In this document: positions 39,338-46,565 of the stretch, piece after piece
How positions within the stretch are numbered: position 1 is the first letter of the stretch
How the letters are laid out: each line of letters opens with the position of its first letter
Assembly: GCA_040905815.1 (NCBI GenBank)
Contig: JBBDQT010000066.1
Span: 1 to 46,565, forward strand
Direction: 5' to 3'
Length of the DNA stretch: 46,565 nt
DNA from: Acidimicrobiales bacterium
GTDB lineage: Bacteria > Actinomycetota > Acidimicrobiia > Acidimicrobiales > CADCSY01
Notes under the pieces: generated by a model
Databases searched by the model: none
Seen by the model: the letters and a program-made list of their open reading frames with translations, nothing else
What the model was told of the DNA's origin: nothing
Made by a program: the position numbers and the translations under genes

Positions 39338-41260
39338 ATGAGCACGCCAGGAAGCACCCGTCGTCGGCGGGGCAAGGACGGCGCGGAGCCCGACGGCGCT
39401 GGAGCCGAGGACAACCAGCCCGACAACCGCAAGCGGGCACTGGTCCTCTGCCTGCTCGCCCTCCCCCTGCTGGTGGTGTTCTACGGCCTGATCCTGTACT
39501 GGTCGAACCCCCGCACCCCGGGCGAGGAGCTGCGCATCGACGAGTTCACCACGCTGATGCGCCAGGGGCGGATCCAAGAGACCGAGATCCTCGAGACCGA
39601 CAACCGGATGATCGGCACGTACGACGGCGGGCAGTTCTGGGTCGCGTACTCGGGTGCCAACGAGACGATCTTCGCCCGGCTCACCAGCGCGCTTGAGGAC
39701 GCCGGCGTGCCGTACTCCGTCAAGCAGCAGCCGCTCAAGAACCTCGTCATGCCGGTGAGCCTCCTGTTGCCGGCACTGATCATCATCGACGGCCTGTTCA
39801 TCTTGTTCCTCGCCTTCGGGCGGGGCAGCGACGGCTTCACCGCCTTCGGCCGTTCACGCGGGAAGCGCCTCGAGACCGCCGACGCCAAGATCACCTTCTC
39901 CGACGTCGCCGGTGTCGACGAGGCCATCGAGGAGCTGGTCGAGATCCGCGACTACCTCGCGAGCCCGGACCGCTTCCTCGCCATGGGTGCTTCTGTCCCC
40001 AAGGGCATCCTGCTCACCGGTCCGCCCGGGTGCGGCAAGACGCTGCTCGCGCGAGGCCTCGCCGGTGAGTCGGAGGTCCCGTTCTTCTCGATCTCCGGGT
40101 CGGACTTCGTCGAGATCTTCGTGGGCGTCGGTGCGGCCCGCATCCGGGACTTCTTCAAGGTGGCCAAGGCGGCGGCGCCGTGCATCGTCTTCATCGACGA
40201 GCTCGACGCCGTGGGCCGCGGGCGCAGCACGCACTCCATGGGAGGCACCGACGAGCGGGAGGCCACCTTGAACCAGCTCCTCGTCGAGATGGACGGCTTC
40301 GAATCGGGGAGCGGCGTCGTGGTCCTCGCGGCGACGAACCGGCCCGACATCCTCGACTCCGCCCTCCTCCGACCCGGGCGGTTCGACCGGCGCGTCGCGG
40401 TGGAGCGTCCCGACGTGAACGGCCGCGAGGGGATCCTCGGCATCCACACCCGGGGCAAGCCGCTCGCCGACACCGTCGACATGGCCGAGGTCGCCAAGCG
40501 GACCGCTGGCTTCTCCGGGGCCGACCTCGCCAACGTCGTCAACGAGGCCGCCCTCCTCGCCGCCCGTCGGGGCGCGAGCATCATCGAGCAGTCTCACTTC
40601 ACCGAGGCGATTGAGCGGTTGGTGGCGGGCCCGGAGCGCAAGTCCCGCATCCTGTCGCCGCAGGACCGGCACCGCATCGCCTACCACGAGGCCGGCCACG
40701 CCGTGGTCGCCACCGCCCTCCCCGGCACGGACCGTGTCGGCAAGCTCTCGATCGTGGCCCGTGGGCACGGCGGCGGGTTCACGTGGTGGGTCGCGGAGGG
40801 CGACCAGACCTCGATCACACGCGCGCAGCTGCTCGACCGCATCGCCGCCCTCCTCGGAGGGCGTGCCGCGGAGGAGCTCGTCACCGGGGACCTCTCGACC
40901 GGCGCCGTCGGCGATCTCGACTCGGCTGTGCTCCTCGCTCGCCGCATGGTCACCGAGTTCGGCATGGGTGACCGGCTCGGCGCGTTCTCGGCCCGGTCGC
41001 TGCAGAACGCGTCGATGAAGGACGGCATGATGGGCCAGGCGTTCTCCGAGCGCGTCGCGTCCGAGATCGATGCGGAGATCCAGAAGGTGCTCGCCGACGC
41101 CGGCGAGCGCGCCCGATCGGTCCTCGTCGACCAGCGCCCCGTGCTCGAGGCGGTGGCGAAGGCGCTGATGGAGACCGAGACGCTCGAAGGTGAGATCCTC
41201 GACGCCCTCTTGCTCCCGGTGGGAGGGGCCGAACCCGCCACGGCGAGAGCGAGCAGCTGA
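39338..41260 (+). CDS. ftsH: ATP-dependent zinc metalloprotease FtsH (probably a paralog)
   Basis: Two TMs, [18 protein letters not shown] pore loop, [30 protein letters not shown]. Confidence 0.92.
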   Translation: MSTPGSTRRRRGKDGAEPDGAGAEDNQPDNRKRALVLCLLALPLLVVFYGLILYWSNPRTPGEELRIDEFTTLMRQGRIQETEILETDNRMIGTYDGGQFWVAYSGANETIFARLTSALEDAGVPYSVKQQPLKNLVMPVSLLLPALIIIDGLFILFLAFGRGSDGFTAFGRSRGKRLETADAKITFSDVAGVDEAIEELVEIRDYLASPDRFLAMGASVPKGILLTGPPGCGKTLLARGLAGESEVPFFSISGSDFVEIFVGVGAARIRDFFKVAKAAAPCIVFIDELDAVGRGRSTHSMGGTDEREATLNQLLVEMDGFESGSGVVVLAATNRPDILDSALLRPGRFDRRVAVERPDVNGREGILGIHTRGKPLADTVDMAEVAKRTAGFSGADLANVVNEAALLAARRGASIIEQSHFTEAIERLVAGPERKSRILSPQDRHRIAYHEAGHAVVATALPGTDRVGKLSIVARGHGGGFTWWVAEGDQTSITRAQLLDRIAALLGGRAAEELVTGDLSTGAVGDLDSAVLLARRMVTEFGMGDRLGAFSARSLQNASMKDGMMGQAFSERVASEIDAEIQKVLADAGERARSVLVDQRPVLEAVAKALMETETLEGEILDALLLPVGGAEPATARASS

Positions 41261-41262
41261 CG

Positions 41263-42531
41263 ATGTCGACTCCCACCGCCGAGGACGTCCGCAAGGTCTG
41301 CGGCCGCCACGGCCGCAAGCCGGCGGTGGCGACGTGCGCGAGCTGTGGGGCAGCGATCTGCCGGGCGTGCCTGGTGCCGACCAGCGTCGGCATGAAGTGC
41401 ACGTCGTGCACCGGGCACCGGGGGCCCCCGCGGGACACCGGAAGGCGATCTCCGAACAAGCTCGTGGTCGCCGGGGCGGCAGCGGTGCTCGTGCTCGCCG
41501 CCGGCGCCGTGCTCGCCAGTACGCTCGGGGGCGGGGACGGAGCCGACGGTGCAGACGCGGCGGGCACGGCCCCGATCGTCGACAGTGGGCCCGCTGACCG
41601 CCAGGTGCAGATCGACGGGGCCGGCGACGTGAAGCTGTCCGCCACGCTGTCGTTGCCCGAGCGCGCCGCGCCCGGGTCCGATCTGGCCGCCGTGGTCATC
41701 CTCGGGGGGTTCGGTCCGACGGACCGTGACGGGCGGGCCGCCGACGGGGGAGTCCCCGACAACCTCTACCGGGAGCTGAGCGACGAGCTCGTCGAGGCGG
41801 GCCTGGTGAGCCTCCGCTACGACAAGCGGGGCACGGGCCGCAGCGTGCTGCCCGCCGGCGAAGCGCTCCGCTTCGACGACATGGTCACCGACGCGGGGGT
41901 CGCGGTGGCGTTCCTGGCCGACCGCGCCGAGGTCGACCCGGAACGCATCGCGGTCGTCGGCCACGAGGAGGGCGGCCTCGTCGCCATGCAGCTGGCCGCT
42001 GCTGAGCCCAGGGTCGGTGGGCTGGCGCTGATCTCCACGCCCGGCCGGCCCCTGCTCGAGGTGCTCGCCGACGACTTCATCCTCTCGGAGCACCAGGCGG
42101 ACGTCGAGGGGCTCCGCGCCGTGGTGGGCAGCCTCCTCGCTGACGGCGAGCTGCCAGAGGACATCCCCCCGTCGCTGGCGGGGTACTTCCCGATCGACAA
42201 CGAGGAGTACCTCCTGGACATCTTCTCCGTCGACCCGGTGGCCCTGGCTCGGGACGTCCACGTCCCGGTCCTCCTCGTCAGGGGTGACGAGGCGACGCTG
42301 GTCACCGCCGAGGACGAAGCCGCCCTCGTCAGTGCGCTGGGCATGGCGCCGGAGGTCCTCGTGGTCCCCGACGCCGGTCCGACCCTGGCCATCGAGCACG
42401 AGGAGGGCACCTCGGGGACCATGCCCGATGCGAGCGATGAGCACAGCCCGGCCGTCGGGACGACCACGGAGCGCGCCACGGTCGCCTTCACCCGGATCGC
42501 GGCGTTCCTGGTGGCCGTCACCGAATCCTGA
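41263..42531 (+). CDS. B-box-like zinc finger + TM + alpha/beta-hydrolase-fold domain lacking the catalytic residues
   Basis: CGRH-x8-CASC-x4-CRAC-x9-CTSC; GFGPTDRDG, LRYDKRG.G.S, but GHEEGG in place of GHSEGG. Confidence 0.82.
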   Translation: MSTPTAEDVRKVCGRHGRKPAVATCASCGAAICRACLVPTSVGMKCTSCTGHRGPPRDTGRRSPNKLVVAGAAAVLVLAAGAVLASTLGGGDGADGADAAGTAPIVDSGPADRQVQIDGAGDVKLSATLSLPERAAPGSDLAAVVILGGFGPTDRDGRAADGGVPDNLYRELSDELVEAGLVSLRYDKRGTGRSVLPAGEALRFDDMVTDAGVAVAFLADRAEVDPERIAVVGHEEGGLVAMQLAAAEPRVGGLALISTPGRPLLEVLADDFILSEHQADVEGLRAVVGSLLADGELPEDIPPSLAGYFPIDNEEYLLDIFSVDPVALARDVHVPVLLVRGDEATLVTAEDEAALVSALGMAPEVLVVPDAGPTLAIEHEEGTSGTMPDASDEHSPAVGTTTERATVAFTRIAAFLVAVTES

Positions 42532-42543
42532 CACCCACCGCCG

Positions 42544-43404
42544 TCACGACCCCAGCAGCGGCGGCACCTCGACGCAACCGGCCTCGGCGCCGAGGAGACG
42601 GAGCCCGGCGAGGTCACCGACCCCGAACGCTGCAGTGGGCGCGGTGTGCTCGGCGAGCTCGGGGTACATGAGCTGGGCGGGGCTGCCGGCGTGGCCGAGC
42701 CCGACGACGTGGCCGAGCTCGTGCAGCATGACCCGCCCCCGTGTGATCCCGGGACCGAAGCCCCCCGGCAGGGGCGCGCCGGTGCTGCGATCGATCACCG
42801 CATCGGCGTTGAGCTCGAGCACGCCGCTGACGAGCACCTCGCCGACCCGCAGCGGTCGACCGCGGCCCACCACGATGATGTCGTCACCCGACCCCTCGGT
42901 GCGCTGGGGGATGCCGAGGGCCGACCAGCCGACGAGGATCGGCGCCCACCGCCTGCCGTACCGCTCGGGCTGGTAGGGCTCGCGCCGGACGCCGAGCGGT
43001 TCGTCGGTGGTGCCCTCCTCCACGAACGTGATGCCGGTCGCCGACGCCAGCTCGTCGAAGGCCGCCCGTACGTCGTCGACCCCGCCTGGCGGCGCCAGGG
43101 TGTCGTTCAGCACGAACGGCACCGGCTCGCAGGGGTTGAACCGGGCCGGGAAGCAGTCGTCGCCGCCCGTCGCGAACAGGAACGTGTAGCCCGACGCGGG
43201 CCGCTGCGCCCGCTCTCCGTGGGCGCTGCTGCCGATCCGGCCCTCGGCCGGGCAGGTCTCCCGATCGATCGCCGGATCCTCTCGGTGTGGCCCCTGGTCC
43301 GGCGCGAGCACCGTGGCCCGGAGCCCGACGAGGGCCAGCGCCAGCCCGGCGACCAGCGCCAGCCCCTTGACCGGCGTGACGGCCCGTCGCGCCGGGGGCG
43401 TCAC
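42544..43404 (-). CDS. Matrixin/M10-like zinc metalloprotease, exported
   Basis: HELGHVVGLGH zinc motif, LMYP Met-turn, GD.AGL..LG; N-terminal hydrophobic segment. Confidence 0.85.
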   Translation of the reverse strand: MTPPARRAVTPVKGLALVAGLALALVGLRATVLAPDQGPHREDPAIDRETCPAEGRIGSSAHGERAQRPASGYTFLFATGGDDCFPARFNPCEPVPFVLNDTLAPPGGVDDVRAAFDELASATGITFVEEGTTDEPLGVRREPYQPERYGRRWAPILVGWSALGIPQRTEGSGDDIIVVGRGRPLRVGEVLVSGVLELNADAVIDRSTGAPLPGGFGPGITRGRVMLHELGHVVGLGHAGSPAQLMYPELAEHTAPTAAFGVGDLAGLRLLGAEAGCVEVPPLLGS

Positions 43405-43483
43405 GGCACCGGCACGGTCCGGCTCACGACCCTATCGTACCGTGGAGGGCCCAGGAGCGACTCCCAGCACGGCGACCCGAGCC

Positions 43484-43510
43484 GGGAGGGGGTCCCCACA
43501 ACCCCCTCCC
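43484..43510 (-). terminator. Perfect 10-bp stem-loop downstream of the BNR protein gene
   Basis: GGGAGGGGGT / ACCCCCTCCC with a 7-nt loop, 33 nt past the stop at 43544. Confidence 0.5.
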
Positions 43511-43543
43511 GTGCCGTCCCGGACCGGCGTGCCCCGGAGCGCC

Positions 43544-45280
43544 TCAGGTCGCGGCCAGAGCCTGGCGGCGCATGTCGCGTCGACGCACCAGCAGGGCGAG
43601 CAAGACGAACAGCAGGCCGACGGCGACGAGGCCGATGACCCCGGCGAGCAGGTACTGCGCGGTGCTCGACGTCGCGGCGGGCAGCTCCTCGAACTGGACA
43701 GCAGCGGTGTAGATGTCCTGTCCGTGGGTCACGTCGTCGAAGTTGCGGGTGTCGTCCCAGCCGACGAGTGCGAAGGCGTCGGTCGATGCGATGCCGGGCG
43801 GGCCGTTCAGGTCGAACTGCAAGGCGAACACCCCGACGCGGCGGTCGATCGATCGGTCGGTGACCCGGATGTTCTCCGACCAGCTCGCGCCGTTGTCGGT
43901 GGAGTAGGCGTAGTACACGTCGTTGGTGTTGAGACCGGGATCAGACCGGGTGTCGAACCAGGCGACGTCGAGGCGTCCGTTCGGCGCGACGCTGATCTTC
44001 GGGATGCCGCTGAAGTACAGCTGGGCGGGATCGTCGTCGTTGACGACGACCGCCTCGCTCCAGGTCTCGCCCCGGTCGGTCGACTGGCGGTAGAAGACAT
44101 CCCGCTCGCTGGACACGTTCGGTGTGCGGGACGCCTCGTAGGCGACGTGCAAGGTGCCGTCGGTGCCGCCCTCGGGGCTCCACACCATCTCGATGCCGCC
44201 GAAGCCGTTCACGTTCTCCGGCTCGAACGGGGAGATCTGGAACGTCTCGATGGTCTCACCGTGGTCCGACGTCCGGGTGAGCATGTGCGCCGGTGAGGGG
44301 CGCTTGTCACTGTCGAAGTTCTGCACGGTCGTCACCCATGCGACGTACGCTGTGCCGGCATCGTCGACGGCGACCACCGGGTTCGTGCCGCCGAAGTTGA
44401 CCTGCTGGTCCGGATCCGATGCCGGGCTCCCCGGCGGTGCGGTCGTGGTGGTGGTGGGGGGCTTCTCCGCCTCGGTCGTGGTGGTCGTGTCCGGGTCGGC
44501 GGTGGTCGTCGTCGTCTCGGGCGGGGCAGCGGTCGTGGTGGTGGCGGCGATGACCTCGGCACGTGCTTCGGGCTCGGCGAAGTGCTCGCCCACCAGGTTG
44601 ATCGGTTCGGAGAACGTGACGCCCCCGTCGGTGGAGACGGCCATCATCGGCAGGTTGGGAAGCTGGTTCGGCGCGGTGAACCGGTGCTGCTGGCGCCAGG
44701 TGACGTAGACGACGTCCTCGTCGCCGCTCGTGTCCACAGCGAAGCCGGAGAGCGGGCGGTTCGGCTGCTGCTCCTCGTCCTCGAGGCCCCGGGCCTCGCG
44801 CACGACCGTCGTCTGCCACGACTCACCCATGTCGTCGGAGCGACCCACCATGATGCTGCGGTTCGCCCCGTCGGTGGTGTCCCAGCCGCCGAGGGCGTAG
44901 TAGAGGCGATCATCGGATCCGAACGCGAGCTTGCCCTGGGTCGTGTGGCTGTTGGTCATCAGGCAGAGCGGGAAGGCGTCGGTCGACGGGGAGGAGTCGA
45001 GGGACGCCCAGCTCTGGCCGCCGTCGGTGGTCTCCATCGTCCCGCAGCTCTGGGTCCGCAGGTCGACGGCGGCGGCGAGGATGTGCAACGGGTCTCCGGG
45101 GTCGACGGCGAAGCCGGGGACGCCGTAGGTCCTCCCCGGCGACACGTCGAACTCGGTGGCGTTCACCGGCTCCGTCACCCGCTCCGTGGACTGCGCCGAC
45201 ACCTGGAGCGTGGTCAGCGTGACCGCCAGCAGCAGCACGCATGCTGCGACGGCGGCCTTCTTCATCGTGTGCGTCTTCAT
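43544..45280 (-). CDS. Sialidase-fold (BNR/Asp-box) beta-propeller surface protein with signal peptide and C-terminal membrane anchor
   Basis: Asp-boxes TTDGGQSW, SDDMGESW, STDGGVTF, SDHGET, STDRGETW, STDNGASW; C-terminal TM followed by RRR. Confidence 0.82.
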   Translation of the reverse strand: MKTHTMKKAAVAACVLLLAVTLTTLQVSAQSTERVTEPVNATEFDVSPGRTYGVPGFAVDPGDPLHILAAAVDLRTQSCGTMETTDGGQSWASLDSSPSTDAFPLCLMTNSHTTQGKLAFGSDDRLYYALGGWDTTDGANRSIMVGRSDDMGESWQTTVVREARGLEDEEQQPNRPLSGFAVDTSGDEDVVYVTWRQQHRFTAPNQLPNLPMMAVSTDGGVTFSEPINLVGEHFAEPEARAEVIAATTTTAAPPETTTTTADPDTTTTTEAEKPPTTTTTAPPGSPASDPDQQVNFGGTNPVVAVDDAGTAYVAWVTTVQNFDSDKRPSPAHMLTRTSDHGETIETFQISPFEPENVNGFGGIEMVWSPEGGTDGTLHVAYEASRTPNVSSERDVFYRQSTDRGETWSEAVVVNDDDPAQLYFSGIPKISVAPNGRLDVAWFDTRSDPGLNTNDVYYAYSTDNGASWSENIRVTDRSIDRRVGVFALQFDLNGPPGIASTDAFALVGWDDTRNFDDVTHGQDIYTAAVQFEELPAATSSTAQYLLAGVIGLVAVGLLFVLLALLVRRRDMRRQALAAT

Positions 45281-45289
45281 CGTGTGCGT
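45260..45289. repeat. Perfect 15-bp tandem duplication (CTTCATCGTGTGCGT x2)
   Basis: Read directly at 45260-74 and 45275-89; each copy contains a minus-strand ATG. Confidence 0.85.
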
Positions 45290-45472
45290 GTTCCCCCCAA
45301 GAGATGTCGCGGTGACCCTGTTGGATCGTCGCGTTCGTGCCGAACCGTGCAGTACCGGCCAGGTGCCGGATGCCGCCGCCCGTTCGCAGCGGTGGCATCC
45401 GGGCTCGCCGGGACAACCGTCGTGGCAGGGTTCTCGCCGAGCCGCCGCTCCACGACCCTGTCGTGTGGTCAG

Positions 45473-46066
45473 CTACACGTCGACCGTCGCCGCCTTGGGC
45501 TCGGGACGCTTGCGCGTGGTCAGGAACGCACCTGCTCCGGCCACGAACAGTGCCACCCCGGCGACGCCGAGGCCGGCGAGCACGAGCGAGCCGGTGCTCG
45601 CCGACCCGGCGGAGGCGAGCCCGGCGGGGCGGTCCGCACCCTGCGCCTCCAGGGGTGCGCCGAGCAGCGGCGCACCGCCCGCTCCGTGCACGCTGACGAG
45701 GGCGCGGGCCGGGATCATCCTGTACTCCCCGTCAGCCGACTCCTGGGTGCCGATGAGGACGTAGTTGCCGGGCTCGGTGCCCGCAGGGATCTCGACGGAG
45801 CCGGCGAGCCGGCGACTGTCGGGGTCGGGCATGAACTCGCCGAGCACCGGACCGTCGAGGGCGTTGAAGCGGATCACCACCGGCAGGTCTGGGTTCCACG
45901 TGATGCCGCTGATCTGAACCTCCTCACCGGCGGCGACGCCTTGCGGCTCGGATACGAGGGACGGCCCCGCGACGCAAGCCCACGCTGCTGCCGTCAACAG
46001 CACCACCCCTGTCGCGACCAAGGCGACGAGTGTTGCTGCCTTGTTCCTGTTTCGCTTCCTGCTCAT
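45473..46066 (-). CDS. Hypothetical exported protein with signal peptide and C-terminal TM anchor
   Basis: Signal peptide ending AAAWA-C, beta-rich core (IP.GT.PG.YV), C-terminal TM plus RKR; GGGAGGG RBS. Confidence 0.75.
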   Translation of the reverse strand: MSRKRNRNKAATLVALVATGVVLLTAAAWACVAGPSLVSEPQGVAAGEEVQISGITWNPDLPVVIRFNALDGPVLGEFMPDPDSRRLAGSVEIPAGTEPGNYVLIGTQESADGEYRMIPARALVSVHGAGGAPLLGAPLEAQGADRPAGLASAGSASTGSLVLAGLGVAGVALFVAGAGAFLTTRKRPEPKAATVDV

Positions 46067-46364
46067 AGCTGATCGTTCCCTCCCGAGCGCGAGCGCTCAA
46101 TCTTCGGTGGTGCGACGTCGGCACCGTCGGCAGTTAACCGCATCCACACCCGAGAGTAAAGGATGAACAGCACTTTCTGCGCGCACGTGTTCACGCGTGA
46201 CCAGGCAGCGGATCTGTGCAGTTGCCGCGCAGACCGCCAGATGACGTGCACCGTGCGGCGCCAGGCGCTTTGGGGGGAGGCGCCCGGATTTCTCTGGGTT
46301 CGGGGGCGCTGGGCAGCGTTCGTAGCGCTCACGTCTGTACCGCGAGCATTCCCGCAGGTCAGAC

Positions 46365-46398
46365 TAGATGTGATTCACATATAGTAGATTCACATCTA
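46365..46398. promoter_or_regulatory. AT-rich operator-like nested repeats
   Basis: Palindrome ATGTGA-T-TCACAT (46368-80), GATTCACAT direct repeat (46372, 46387), outer inverted repeat TAGATGTGA/TCACATCTA. Confidence 0.55.
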
Positions 46399-46565
46399 TA
46401 TGTAATTCCGCTATAGAGAAAAGAACGTCCTTGCCCCGTTTCGCAGGCTCTGTCACACTGGCTGTGGCGGGACTTGGCGGTTCGAGGAGAACCACCAGTG
46501 CAAGCCAGCGGGAGGAGCGTCCGCTCCGCCGCCAACCGGCAACTGGAGGAACGCATGGGTACCAA

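Overview
High-GC, densely coding actinobacterial DNA; the gene content resembles Acidimicrobiia, which is an inference. I found no rRNA, tRNA, CRISPR array or transposase. Five blocks are visible. (1) 0.2-7.1 kb: a peptide/nickel-type (family 5) ABC importer whose double ATPase is fused in frame to an FmdE metal-binding domain, followed by a TauE-family permease. (2) 7.2-14.2 kb: a reductive pyrimidine catabolism operon (ureidopropionase, beta-alanine aminotransferase, hydA, mmsA, TIGR03842-like LLM oxidoreductase) plus a RibD-like reductase. (3) 14.3-31.2 kb: an orphan catabolic island that starts right after a truncated gene. It holds a SsuA/TauA-type ABC importer, an amidohydrolase, an ABM protein, an M19 dipeptidase, a triple-Rid protein, a ThDP enzyme, an MFS transporter, an ALDH, an LLM oxidoreductase, a fused ETF, a FadR regulator and an LldD-like oxidase. 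(4) 31.3-37.5 kb: stress, redox and copper genes. (5) 37.9-46.1 kb: an operon in which an FtsH protease is flanked by two membrane proteins sharing the same N-terminal B-box-like zinc finger, one carrying a 7-blade Kelch propeller and the other a catalytically dead alpha/beta-hydrolase domain; it faces a convergent set of surface proteins. Block 5 is the best candidate for an undescribed system. All family calls come from motifs recognised by eye, not from database searches.
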